Positions 19,407-29,507 are shown, counted from the first letter of the stretch. The stretch: 64,000 nt of DNA from Promethearchaeota archaeon (GCA_019058295.1 JAHPZI010000028.1:139715-203714), one strand, 5' to 3'. The notes: generated by a model not told the origin, from the letters alone. Made by a program: numbers and translations.

Positions 19407-20261
19407 TTATATTATATCAATAAATGATCTTTTTCTTTGACTAAAAGATGCCAATTTATTGTATCCAATTTTTTTTAATGATTTTAGCATCTTTTTAAAA
19501 TCATAAGCAAGTTCATTAGGATCATGTGCGTCAGATCCTAGTAAGATTGGGATGTCTAACTCACACATTTTTTTTAAGATCTCTTCACTTGGATATTGTT
19601 CTTTAACATCTTTTCTAAATCCTCCTGTATTAATTTCAACAGTTAGATCTCTTTTTTTAATGAGATCAAGTGTTTTTGAAATCTCAATCATGATTAAATC
19701 TTTTGAATTCTTACTGGGAAATTTATTAAACTTTTTGGGCAAATCAAAATGGCTTACTATATCAAAATCAAATTCCGTTGAATTTAGCATTTTTTGTATT
19801 GTCTGATAATATAGAAGAAAAACACGGTCGGCCCCCAAAGAATTATATTTTTCTAAAAATCTATTATCGTCCATTGCCCAAGGTCCATTCTCTAAGAATA
19901 ATATATGTACCGATCCCAAAATAAAATCCAAGCGAGATTTAATTTTATTCAAATGAGTATTTAATGTTTCTACTTGGTTTTCTATATAATCTATTTCAAA
20001 TCCTATTTTTAAATCGATTTTTTCTCTATATTTCTCTTTTAAATTTTCAATTGTAGAAATATAACTCTCAGTTTCGGTTAAAATCATTGCATAATCCTCA
20101 ATAGGAACTCCATCCATTCCTATTAGATAATCATATGGAAAATGATCGCTTATCCCCAGTAGATCTAAATCCAACTCAATACCTTTTTTAACATAATCCT
20201 CCAGAGATCCAATAGCGTGATGACACATTGAATTATGAGTATGCCAATCTTGTAGCTTCAT
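19407..20261 (-). CDS. PHP-family histidinol-phosphatase (HisJ/HisK type)
   Basis: DWHTH, CHHA, SDH, GSVH, HFDLPK, EINTGG, GSDAH. Confidence 0.88.
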   Translation of the reverse strand: MKLQDWHTHNSMCHHAIGSLEDYVKKGIELDLDLLGISDHFPYDYLIGMDGVPIEDYAMILTETESYISTIENLKEKYREKIDLKIGFEIDYIENQVETLNTHLNKIKSRLDFILGSVHILFLENGPWAMDDNRFLEKYNSLGADRVFLLYYQTIQKMLNSTEFDFDIVSHFDLPKKFNKFPSKNSKDLIMIEISKTLDLIKKRDLTVEINTGGFRKDVKEQYPSEEILKKMCELDIPILLGSDAHDPNELAYDFKKMLKSLKKIGYNKLASFSQRKRSFIDII

Positions 20262-20362
20262 TTTCCTATTATCATAATTTATTTTAGAGAAAATATGTTT
20301 AAATAGCAGTATTAAATAAATAAGTTAAAGTTTTTTATTATATTATATTAAGGAGTGATTAA

Positions 20363-21169
20363 ATGGAATTTGAAAATAAGCAATTTGATGGTCCATACGA
20401 AGTATCTGAAATCCAAATTGATCAAATGTTGAGAGGGATACTCTATTTTCCTCCCCAATCTTTTAAAAAACCTTATCCCTTAATAATATACTTCCATGGT
20501 TTTCCTCAAGTATTCCCTTTAATAGAGTTCATTAAACGTTATAAATCTATGTTAGACATCGGATATTCATTATTAGTTTTTAATTTTAGAGGATACGGTT
20601 ATAGTAAAGGCAAAATTTCAATTAGCTCACAAGTGTTAGATGGGCAGAAAATAATTGAGTTTGTCAATGCAATGGTAAAAAATGAGATTTTTGACATAAA
20701 TAATATAAATATTATTGCTCATGATTTTGGAGCTTATATTGCTTTGCTATTGTGTTCTAAAGTTAGAGTTGTAAATAAATTATTATTAATTAACCCAATA
20801 TTAGAACTTAAGAATAGAGTAAATAGTGAAGATTTTAAGAAAGCTCTACAATATCTCAATCGATTTCTCCCTAGAAGCATTCATGGTATAGAAAATATTG
20901 AAGAATTCATCCAAATGACTAAGAATGAATTATCTAAAGAAGAATTTCAAATTGAAAAATGCATTCCAAATTTAAAAAATAAACAACTTAAAATTATCAT
21001 TGGTGAAATAGATAAAATTACTCCTATAGTTGAAGCTAAGAAAATATTGAGAGGAGCAAATATAGCTCCAGATATATTCATAGTCAATAAAATGGATCAT
21101 GAATGCATTCAAGATGAGGATTTCAAAAAGATTAATGAAGAAGTTTCAAAATTTTTTAAAATTAATTAA
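20363..21169 (+). CDS. Alpha/beta hydrolase fold protein
   Basis: HGFP, FNFRGYGYSKG, AHDFG elbow, GEID, MDH. Confidence 0.8.
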   Translation: MEFENKQFDGPYEVSEIQIDQMLRGILYFPPQSFKKPYPLIIYFHGFPQVFPLIEFIKRYKSMLDIGYSLLVFNFRGYGYSKGKISISSQVLDGQKIIEFVNAMVKNEIFDINNINIIAHDFGAYIALLLCSKVRVVNKLLLINPILELKNRVNSEDFKKALQYLNRFLPRSIHGIENIEEFIQMTKNELSKEEFQIEKCIPNLKNKQLKIIIGEIDKITPIVEAKKILRGANIAPDIFIVNKMDHECIQDEDFKKINEEVSKFFKIN

Positions 21170-21179
21170 GAGTTTTTAA

Positions 21180-22091
21180 TTAAATCCCTTCCATTCTTCT
21201 TTTTTCTTCCTCTATCCTCTCTTGTTTAAGCTCTTTTTTTTCTTTATGAGTCAAATGCTGGTCGTGTCTTTTAATATAGAGCTCTTCATATTTTTTTCTT
21301 AAATCTTCAACATCTTCAATATGTCCCAATACATCCTCTAAACCATCTTCAAAAAATCTATTTTTTTTGAATTTCTTTGCCGGAACCCCAACATAAATCC
21401 ATCCGTCTTCTAATTCTTGACCGACAATAGTAACTGAATTGGCTGCTAAAACACTATTCTTTCCTATATGAGTACCTGGCATAACAACAGCATGGGCACC
21501 TATTCTAACATTATCTTCTATTATTGTTTTTTTTATTATTAAGAGATTTCCGACAATTACGGCAGATTGAACAATGGTTCCTTGCCCTACAACCACATTT
21601 TTTCCAAATTCTATAAATTCGCAATCTACCCAGCCCTCAAATAACGAGTTTGAAAATTTTGTTTTTACTCCAAACATTTTAAAAACGATATTGTCTAAAA
21701 AAGGGAATGGAAATTTATGTGCTAGCCAAATAGGCCATTTCTTTATGGTATTTCGAAGACTCCAATAACGATAATCTCTATCTGAGGACTCTCTTAAAAA
21801 AACACCTTCCAAAGGTCTATGAATTGCATTGACTATTAAAAGCAATATCTTAGCAAATATTAATGATGTGAAAACGGCTGTAATATACATTAGAAAACAG
21901 AGTAACGGAAGAAAAATATAAAAATGAATTGGTCTTACTGGATCCCAGAGCCACCTCCAATAAAACCATAATTCTAAGAGTACGGGAATCATAGAGACCC
22001 ACATAAGAAATATATAAAAAATTAAATATCTTTTTTTTACTAAAACTGTTGGAACAAACGGGCCCACCCTCATAGAAGTTGGAACAGACAT
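21180..22091 (-). CDS. Membrane-anchored hexapeptide-repeat (LbH) acyltransferase-like protein
   Basis: Two TM helices, then IEFGKNVVVG...IIEDNVRIGAHAVVMPGTHIG...YVGVPAK. Confidence 0.85.
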   Translation of the reverse strand: MSVPTSMRVGPFVPTVLVKKRYLIFYIFLMWVSMIPVLLELWFYWRWLWDPVRPIHFYIFLPLLCFLMYITAVFTSLIFAKILLLIVNAIHRPLEGVFLRESSDRDYRYWSLRNTIKKWPIWLAHKFPFPFLDNIVFKMFGVKTKFSNSLFEGWVDCEFIEFGKNVVVGQGTIVQSAVIVGNLLIIKKTIIEDNVRIGAHAVVMPGTHIGKNSVLAANSVTIVGQELEDGWIYVGVPAKKFKKNRFFEDGLEDVLGHIEDVEDLRKKYEELYIKRHDQHLTHKEKKELKQERIEEEKRRMEGI

Positions 22092-22108
22092 TTTTTCAAA
22101 CCCCTGAA

Positions 22109-23008
22109 TTATATATTAATTTTATCCTTTTTGTCTTCTTCAATATTAATTTCATGCTCAACGCTTATTGCCTGCTCATCATCAACAATACTCTTTGTTA
22201 TATGTTTCACTCCACCTAGCTTATTTGGTTTCAGTTTTATGCAAGGAATACCAAAGTAAATCCATTCTGGTTCTAAGAATTGACTAAAAACTGTAGCAGA
22301 AAGTGCGCCTAACAATGAATCCTTTCCTATAATAGTTCCTGGTGAGACACAAGCCATTCCTCCAACAACTGTATAATCGCTAAATATTATTTCTTTGATA
22401 ATAAGGTACTTTCCAACAACCATTGAACTCATGACTACAGCACCTTGTCCAACCAAAACTTTCCGTCCAAATTTTATGAACTCCATATCACACCAAGAAT
22501 CTTGGAGATGACTCGAAAAATCCATTTTCACTCCAAACCATCGGAAAGCTAATGTATCAATCCACGGTAAAGGACAATTTCTCACAAACCACATCACTAA
22601 TTTTTTTAATTCGGTTCTCATACACCAGAACTCAAAGTCTTGGTCCCCTTTCTGAGCTAAAAATATACCTTCTTTTGGTTTATGAATAAGATTTATTAAA
22701 ACTAAAAAAAGCTTACTAAAAAATATGCATCCCAAAATAAAAATAAACAACATAGAGAATATTGCGATTGGTAAGAATAAAATAGGAAAAAGATATACTG
22801 TCCAATCATCTGTTATCAGATATAAAAGCCTGAAATATTCATATAAATATATTCCAACTAATAACCCGCTAAACCAGAAAATTGGAATATATATTATAAG
22901 AATTTTACTACTAACTCTACTAATTGCGCTACTAGTTTGGAAATCAAGCGCATATTCCTTCTTATCTGTATTTCCTTTATCTGATGTTTCAATTATCTTT
23001 TCAGTCAT
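22109..23008 (-). CDS. Membrane-anchored hexapeptide-repeat (LbH) acyltransferase-like protein, paralog 2
   Basis: Same architecture; IKFGRKVLVG...VSPGTIIG...YFGIP. Confidence 0.82.
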   Translation of the reverse strand: MTEKIIETSDKGNTDKKEYALDFQTSSAISRVSSKILIIYIPIFWFSGLLVGIYLYEYFRLLYLITDDWTVYLFPILFLPIAIFSMLFIFILGCIFFSKLFLVLINLIHKPKEGIFLAQKGDQDFEFWCMRTELKKLVMWFVRNCPLPWIDTLAFRWFGVKMDFSSHLQDSWCDMEFIKFGRKVLVGQGAVVMSSMVVGKYLIIKEIIFSDYTVVGGMACVSPGTIIGKDSLLGALSATVFSQFLEPEWIYFGIPCIKLKPNKLGGVKHITKSIVDDEQAISVEHEINIEEDKKDKINI

Positions 23009-23017
23009 TTGTTTATT

Positions 23018-23917
23018 TTATAAGTTTTCTTCTATATCATTGATTTCTTTTAAATTCTTATTTTTCTCTAAATCTTCTTCAGATATTTTCAAATAATTCA
23101 TTACTTTTTTCGTAAAAATTTTACGGGCTGGAATACCAAAATAATAATTATTACCCTTCGTAATCTGTTTTTTCGCAAAGGCACCAAGTGGTAATAAATA
23201 AGAGTTATCTTTTATTTCACAACCAGGTCCAGCTATATTAAATGCGGCACCTGTAACATTATTTCCAATCTTTATTTCATAATAAGGAATTCTTCCAAAT
23301 ATACCCTCGACTGCATGAGAACATATTGCTGAATTAACTCCTATATAACAGTTCTCCCCAACATCAATATATTTATCAGCAACAATCTCTTCTTCGATTG
23401 TTGTACCTTTCCCAATTTTACATGATCCTACAAAATTAAAGAACCAATTTGCTAACCATGGAAAAAGACCTTTAGTAAATGCATTTTTTCCATATTTTAT
23501 TATAAATGATCGGATATGGTAATAATTCAATGTATCACTAGGGACAGTCCGGAGAATAATCCCATCTCGTGTAGGACACCTCCATTCTGTAAATCTCCAG
23601 AACACTCGAGTTAATAATGCTACAAAAAATAGATGTAAAAGGTAGCAACCAATTGAAATTAACGGCATTAAAGTTAACGCTAATAGGGGTTTAAGGTCTG
23701 TAAAAAGAGAGAAAAAATCATTGATATCCAAAAAGAAAGGTTTAAAAACTAAAAAAAAATATAACATGAAAACAATTCCGGGAAGGAAGTAAGATCCTAA
23801 ATAAATAATAGCAAAAAAAGTTAAATAGAAGTGATATTGTAGGTTAATCTCTTGTTCTTTTTCGCCTTTTTTTTCTTCAGTATTATTAATCTTTGGCTCT
23901 TCTTTCATATTAGCCAT
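23018..23917 (-). CDS. Membrane-anchored hexapeptide-repeat (LbH) acyltransferase-like protein, paralog 3
   Basis: Same architecture; KIGKGTTI...IDVGENCYIG...SHAVE...YFGIPAR. Confidence 0.82.
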   Translation of the reverse strand: MANMKEEPKINNTEEKKGEKEQEINLQYHFYLTFFAIIYLGSYFLPGIVFMLYFFLVFKPFFLDINDFFSLFTDLKPLLALTLMPLISIGCYLLHLFFVALLTRVFWRFTEWRCPTRDGIILRTVPSDTLNYYHIRSFIIKYGKNAFTKGLFPWLANWFFNFVGSCKIGKGTTIEEEIVADKYIDVGENCYIGVNSAICSHAVEGIFGRIPYYEIKIGNNVTGAAFNIAGPGCEIKDNSYLLPLGAFAKKQITKGNNYYFGIPARKIFTKKVMNYLKISEEDLEKNKNLKEINDIEENL

Positions 23918-24037
23918 TTTATGTCCTTTTTATAAAGAATGCTAATTTATTATAGTTTTTAATATTTTAATAGATAGTTTTTCCAAGTATTAATTTTTGA
24001 CGATTATTTCTATAATAATATTTATCTACTTATGATT

Positions 24038-24204
24038 TTATCTATTAGAATCCATATACCCTTTTATATATTTATAAATTTCTTCAGCAGGTTGAAATAC
24101 TCCAAAATGCCCTTCGCATAAAATATCTGCTTTTACATCAAGCAGTTTTTGCATTGATTTTTGATAATCGCCTTTATTAGAACCAAAACTTTTCATAAAT
24201 GGAC
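24038..24204 (-). pseudogene. Displaced 3' fragment of the MBL-fold hydrolase gene at 25731-26405
   Basis: 35 of 46 aligned residues are identical to that protein's C-terminus; similarity starts abruptly at GTCC (24204). Confidence 0.85.
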
Positions 24205-25906
24205 AATAGATAGGTTTTATTCTATAAAGAAAATAATATATTAAAGGAATTATTTTTATCAAATATTTTCATTTTTTGGCCCATATACTTTTCTTAATAA
24301 ATTAAAGATCTCATATTTAGTATTAAGTTTTTTAATCGTATTCTTAACAAGTGGATCAGTTATAAATAAATTTTTAAAAAAAATTGTTGCATGTTTTTCA
24401 AAACCTTTTAACCCAAACTCCTTAGAATATATTGTATACAGAGAAACTCCATTTCTAAGAAGATCTTTGACTCTTTTATAACGATTCTCTTTTATTAAGA
24501 ATGCCTCTGGTTTTAACTTAATATTCCATTTTGATAGATAATTATTTAAAGTTCCTTTAGCAATTGAAAATTTGAAAATTTTGAAATGTAGTTTAATTAA
24601 ATCCTCTATTCTCGTATTTGGATTTTGGAGAATAATATTTTTCAATTGAAGTTTTGTCCACATCATCTTACGTCTCTTTAATCCTGCCCATGAAGAAGAT
24701 TTATATCTCAATCTTTTTCTCTCTAGACTATTTTCATAATTATCAAGTAATTTATTAAACAATTCACCGCCTAATGTGAGATAATATCCAATTAATTTAT
24801 TATTTGAAAAATGAAGTTTGGGAACTTTTTTTAATTCGAATTCATAAATAATATCTTTTAAAAATCTTTTACTTTTAATTGTTCCAATTCTAGGTGCTCC
24901 CCCTGAATGAGTTCCATCTCCATCAAAAAATCCAAGCAAACAACTCATAGACAAATTAGTATTATTAAATCTCGGAAAGAGAATCAAATTTGACTTTTTT
25001 CCTATAGGGAATCCATGAGTATATAAATATTTTCCAAATAAATTACCAGAAATCCTAAACGAGAATGTATATGAATAATTTAAACTAAATTCATTAGGAG
25101 GTTTTCTTGTAAAATCAACATTTCTTGGAGAAAGCCCAATTGCTTGAATAAATCGTTTAATTAAAATTCCATCTTTAACTCCAATTTCTACTGACAATTC
25201 ATACTTCCTACGGTGCATTCTAAGATGTCCTTCTGCTAATAGCCAACCATACCAATATGCCTTCTCTTTAATATCAATATTTTGAAAATAATTATCAATT
25301 AAATTAGGATTTTTTTGATTATATTGACCAGAATGGAAATTATGATATTTTACAAAATATGTATTTAATTTATCAAAATTTTTCTTTAATTTTAGTTTAA
25401 GCGCTCTTGTATAAGAATTTAAAGTTTGTGTAGAAAGAAAATAATCAGGATTTCTTTTCGATTTAAGTATTAAATCATTGATATACCATTTACTTTTTTT
25501 CATTAAATAATTAGTTGATAAAAAATGATAATTTATTATTTTATTATCTAAGGAATTAATTACATTTTTAATATCCCAAAAGAATTCACGAATAGAATAA
25601 ATAGGATTCACATCAGCAATATAATGTAGTTAAATTAGTCAAGTTTATTCAAGATATTCTCTCTTGAAAATAATTTAGAGATACTTAATTTATTAATTTG
25701 TTTTAATTATGTTATAATCATAAAATAATTTCAGCTTTTAGGTTGATTTAATTTTTTATGTTGCATTATATATTTCTTTACTTGCTCAGCAGGTTGAAAG
25801 ATGCCAAAATGTCCTTCACACAGAATATCTGCGTTTAGATCTAGTATTTTTTGCATTGAATTCTGATAATCATATAAATTTGAACTAAAACTTTTCATAA
25901 AAGGAC
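24205..25906 (-). mobile_element. Putative intron-less homing element: replacement 3' end of host gene plus LAGLIDADG endonuclease
   Basis: Bounded by the two copies of the MBL 3' end; contains no transposase or integrase. Confidence 0.65.
24259..25611 (-). CDS. Free-standing double-motif LAGLIDADG homing endonuclease with basic C-terminal extension
   Basis: KAYWYGWLLAEGHL and SCLLGFFDGDGT motifs; NYFQNIDIKEKAY preceding motif 1; very AT-rich. Confidence 0.85.
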   Translation of the reverse strand: MNPIYSIREFFWDIKNVINSLDNKIINYHFLSTNYLMKKSKWYINDLILKSKRNPDYFLSTQTLNSYTRALKLKLKKNFDKLNTYFVKYHNFHSGQYNQKNPNLIDNYFQNIDIKEKAYWYGWLLAEGHLRMHRRKYELSVEIGVKDGILIKRFIQAIGLSPRNVDFTRKPPNEFSLNYSYTFSFRISGNLFGKYLYTHGFPIGKKSNLILFPRFNNTNLSMSCLLGFFDGDGTHSGGAPRIGTIKSKRFLKDIIYEFELKKVPKLHFSNNKLIGYYLTLGGELFNKLLDNYENSLERKRLRYKSSSWAGLKRRKMMWTKLQLKNIILQNPNTRIEDLIKLHFKIFKFSIAKGTLNNYLSKWNIKLKPEAFLIKENRYKRVKDLLRNGVSLYTIYSKEFGLKGFEKHATIFFKNLFITDPLVKNTIKKLNTKYEIFNLLRKVYGPKNENI

Positions 25907-26405
25907 CGTGAAGATCTTGGGCAAAAAGAATTTTAGTATCCTCAATTTCTACCAACACAGAAATGGATCCAGGAGTGTGGCCGGGGGTATGAATACATTG
26001 AAATTCATAATCACCCAATTTTAAGATCTCAATATCTTTAGTAAATCTCTGGTGTAATTTTATTGGTTTATAATCAACACCATACCAAGATGCAGCAGTT
26101 TTACGATCATATCCTTTTTGTTCAATAGCATCAGCATCTAAATCGTGAGCGTAAAATTTCATATTCTCATTAAGTGAAACTTTTAATTCATAGCAGATAG
26201 CAATATGATCTATATGGCAATGTGTTAGAATGCAATGTTTTATGTTTTTTGGACTTAATCCAAAACTATTGATATTTTTTACTATTAAATAAATATTCAT
26301 CCCAGAATCAATTAAAACAAGACCATCATCACTATTTGTATCCACTAAATATACAGAACAACCAGAATCTCCTAAATGGTACACATTTTTAAATATTTTT
26401 TTCAT
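25731..26405 (-). CDS. MBL-fold metallo-hydrolase (glyoxalase II-like)
   Basis: LIDSG, THCHIDH, HTPGHTPGS, QDLHGP, CEGH. Confidence 0.92.
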   Translation of the reverse strand: MKKIFKNVYHLGDSGCSVYLVDTNSDDGLVLIDSGMNIYLIVKNINSFGLSPKNIKHCILTHCHIDHIAICYELKVSLNENMKFYAHDLDADAIEQKGYDRKTAASWYGVDYKPIKLHQRFTKDIEILKLGDYEFQCIHTPGHTPGSISVLVEIEDTKILFAQDLHGPFMKSFSSNLYDYQNSMQKILDLNADILCEGHFGIFQPAEQVKKYIMQHKKLNQPKS

Positions 26406-26415
26406 TTCGATTAAA

Positions 26416-28032
26416 TTAAAGGATTTTTTCTCTTAAAGTTTTTACATCTATATTTTTTAACTTTTTATAGAATCGGATGAAAATTAAATAAACTCCGAAA
26501 GACCAAATAATCCAAGAAAAAACCTGCCCCCTATCAAGATTTAAGAGATAATTGATAAAATTGTCAGCTTTACCTAAACCAAAAAAGTCCAAAACATCAT
26601 GAAATGGGTATTGAACCTCTATTCTTCTATGATTATCATTCATCGCTACTACTTCATGGTCGTTTCTCCTCAAATTTTTAAAGATATTATCAACTGATTT
26701 ATCCTTAGGATTTTTCAATCGGAGTTTAATAAATGTGTCTAATTCATTGCTTTTATGTTCATCGGTACCGGCAATGCATGTTAAATTGTTATCTAAGCAA
26801 AATTCTCTTATTTTTTTGTCTTTAGGATTTCCTCCATTTACGATTTCGAATCCATCTACACCCCAATCCATTAACTGTTCAAGAGTATAAGGAACACCTC
26901 TTCCATTTTCTTTTTCATTTTTTTCCGCGTTATAGTGGTTTACAAAGATATAACCTCCTTCTCGTTTAACATGTTTTATAGTGTCTTCGGCGTTCATTGA
27001 TTTGAACGGGCATGTTGGTGCATCTGATTCTTTAGGAACAACTGTATGATCAAGACCGAAAATGTTCATGTGTATATCATTGTCATGATCAGTCCACTCT
27101 TCTGCAATAATAACGGTAAAATCTAAATCGTATTCTTTAACAAATTTTCTTGCTACCTTTGCACCTCTTTGATTATCATGATCCGAAAAGGCAGCTCCCG
27201 AAATCCCTTGTTCTATATACCACATTACTCTTTCTTCGGGTGTCAAATATCCATCAGAATATATTGTGTGCACATGAAAATCAAAAAGAAATTCATCATG
27301 ATCGAGGTCAGTTTCGATCTCTTGAGTGGGCCACTTAAATGATACTAAAATCACGCTCAGTCCAAGCATTAAAAAGATAAACCCGGCACAATATGCCAAA
27401 TGCTTTTTGAATTCGTTAGCGTTGTGATTTTTTTTTTCTTTTTTCTTGAATTTTTCTGAATAATTAAATTTATATTCAGGATTCCGGTATTTTGCCAGAA
27501 TATATCCTCCTTTAAGAGCAACCAGAGTCAATCCAATAGGGACGAAAAGTTGTACTAAAAACATAAAATAAAGGTTAACAAAGTAGAACCCAATAAAAAT
27601 ATAAGCGAACAATAAAAACAACATACAACAGGCCACCCCTCCTCCAATTATAATACCTATAAATCTTAAAAAATCTCTGAGAGGATAAATTAACAACTGT
27701 GCTTTTTCCGAAGGCTCAAACCCTCGCTTTTTTTTAACATAAAAGCGGTATATAACCTGTATAATGATATAAGATATTATAAATCCAGAAATCCAATTAA
27801 AATCGACTGAAAATACAAAAGTAATTCCTATAATTGGTTCAAAAAAATATCTTAAAAGCGGGATTTGAGAATCATATTTCGGGGAAACATTCTTTCCATC
27901 AATCAAGTCATAAAAAGTAACTTTACGCTGAGCAAATATAGCTAATATTATCAGACAGATAATCCAAACTAAAAAAACCCTCTGAACAAACTTTAAAAAT
28001 TTAGATTTGTTTTGATAGTTTGTATTTTTCAT
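26416..28032 (-). CDS. Membrane protein with PHP phosphoesterase domain
   Basis: Multiple TM helices; DFHVHTIYSDG, SDHD, VNH, GTDEH. Confidence 0.82.
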   Translation of the reverse strand: MKNTNYQNKSKFLKFVQRVFLVWIICLIILAIFAQRKVTFYDLIDGKNVSPKYDSQIPLLRYFFEPIIGITFVFSVDFNWISGFIISYIIIQVIYRFYVKKKRGFEPSEKAQLLIYPLRDFLRFIGIIIGGGVACCMLFLLFAYIFIGFYFVNLYFMFLVQLFVPIGLTLVALKGGYILAKYRNPEYKFNYSEKFKKKEKKNHNANEFKKHLAYCAGFIFLMLGLSVILVSFKWPTQEIETDLDHDEFLFDFHVHTIYSDGYLTPEERVMWYIEQGISGAAFSDHDNQRGAKVARKFVKEYDLDFTVIIAEEWTDHDNDIHMNIFGLDHTVVPKESDAPTCPFKSMNAEDTIKHVKREGGYIFVNHYNAEKNEKENGRGVPYTLEQLMDWGVDGFEIVNGGNPKDKKIREFCLDNNLTCIAGTDEHKSNELDTFIKLRLKNPKDKSVDNIFKNLRRNDHEVVAMNDNHRRIEVQYPFHDVLDFFGLGKADNFINYLLNLDRGQVFSWIIWSFGVYLIFIRFYKKLKNIDVKTLREKIL

Positions 28033-28058
28033 AATTATGCGTATTGATTAAAAAAAAT

Positions 28059-29507
28059 TCATTTCCTTTTAAAAAATAAAAGTAGTGAATAAAAACCTTC
28101 AAGTAAAATCTTGAAATCTAATATTGTTTGAATTTTAGATAATTTTTTTAAGAAAAATTGAAACCTTAAATAAAATTTTTTATACATTAAATTGTATAAT
28201 TTTTTAATATCTTTCTCAGATAGATTTTCTAATCTCATAATTTGATTAGAAAAATCGTAATCATCCCAATTATATGTTAAAATCAAATTTTTTTCTTTTG
28301 CCCATTTATACATTTCTGTTCCAGGATAAGGGGTTGTAATATTAACAATCAAAATATCAGGTTTTAACTTATTCACAAAAACAATATTTCTAATAATACT
28401 TTCTTTGGTATCCCCTGGATTACCTACCATAAATGCAAGCCGATTATCAATACCAGCTTGTTTTGTCCAATTAACTGCATTAATTACCTCTTTTATATTT
28501 ATTTTCTTATTTATATTATTCAATACTTTTTTGTCGATGGTTTCAATTCCATACATAATTTGATGACAACCTGCATATTTCATCCATTTTAGCATTTTAG
28601 GTTTTACGTAATCAACTCGTGAAAAACAGCACCATGAAATTTTAATTTTATTATTTATAATCAATTTACAGAAGTCTATTACATTTTTTCTTAAAGATGT
28701 AAAATTATCATCATAAAATTGAAATTCTCTTATACCATAATTATCAATAAGATATTTAACTTCTTTAAAAATAGTCTTAGCAGATTTATTTACTAATATA
28801 TTTCCAAGAGTTTTGGAACAAAATGTACATTTTCCTGGACACCCTCTTGAAGTAAGCATACTCATTGCTGGCAATTGTTTATAACTCCCCTTGGCTGGTT
28901 TATATTTATGAATTGGTAATAGATCATAAGCAGGCATTGGCAAACTATCTAAATTTTTTATTCTCTCTCTTGTTTTATTATAAATAATTTTGTAATCCTT
29001 GTTTGAGTAATTTTTATAAACAATTCCATTAATATTTTCAACCTCTTCACCTCTTACAAGTTCCTCCAATGTAATCTCACCTTCTCCAATGACTACTATA
29101 TCAATATATTCTTTATTAATTACTTCTTCTGGCATGAATGTTGCGTGTACCCCTCCAAAAACTATTATGGCATTTGGAAAGTATTCTTTACAAATTTCAG
29201 CAATTTTAAATGCCTTTTTTATTTCAACAGTCATGGCAGTAAAACCAATATATTTTATTAAACTATATTTTGAAACATATTCCTTTTTAAAATATTTCCG
29301 AAAGGTTTGAACTGAAGGAGATTCTATTAAACAATCGAGGATTCTTACACTATGACCTTTCAATCGTAAATAACCTGCTATATCAGCAAGACCTAAATGT
29401 GGAAAATTAGACTCAACTCCCCACCAGATATTTTTGCTTTTTCTATAAAATCTAGGTGGAGCAATTAACAAACAATCTAATACATATTTATTATCTGCTA
29501 TTTTCAT
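28059..29507 (-). CDS. B12-binding radical SAM protein (class B methyltransferase-like)
   Basis: GGVHAT, GEGE, TSRGCPGKCTFC, DDNF, PYPGT. Confidence 0.92.
   Translation of the reverse strand: MKIADNKYVLDCLLIAPPRFYRKSKNIWWGVESNFPHLGLADIAGYLRLKGHSVRILDCLIESPSVQTFRKYFKKEYVSKYSLIKYIGFTAMTVEIKKAFKIAEICKEYFPNAIIVFGGVHATFMPEEVINKEYIDIVVIGEGEITLEELVRGEEVENINGIVYKNYSNKDYKIIYNKTRERIKNLDSLPMPAYDLLPIHKYKPAKGSYKQLPAMSMLTSRGCPGKCTFCSKTLGNILVNKSAKTIFKEVKYLIDNYGIREFQFYDDNFTSLRKNVIDFCKLIINNKIKISWCCFSRVDYVKPKMLKWMKYAGCHQIMYGIETIDKKVLNNINKKINIKEVINAVNWTKQAGIDNRLAFMVGNPGDTKESIIRNIVFVNKLKPDILIVNITTPYPGTEMYKWAKEKNLILTYNWDDYDFSNQIMRLENLSEKDIKKLYNLMYKKFYLRFQFFLKKLSKIQTILDFKILLEGFYSLLLFFKRK

Noticed and set aside
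24038-24262. 74-aa ORF as an independent gene
   Set aside because: Its first 20 codons are unrelated AT-rich sequence, and the rest is a duplicated gene tail lacking the HxHxDH motif. Treated as a displaced fragment.
24259-25611. LAGLIDADG ORF as an intein or intron-encoded protein
   Set aside because: It has its own start and stop and no Cys/Ser...His-Asn splice ends. The host gene upstream is already complete, so no splicing is needed.
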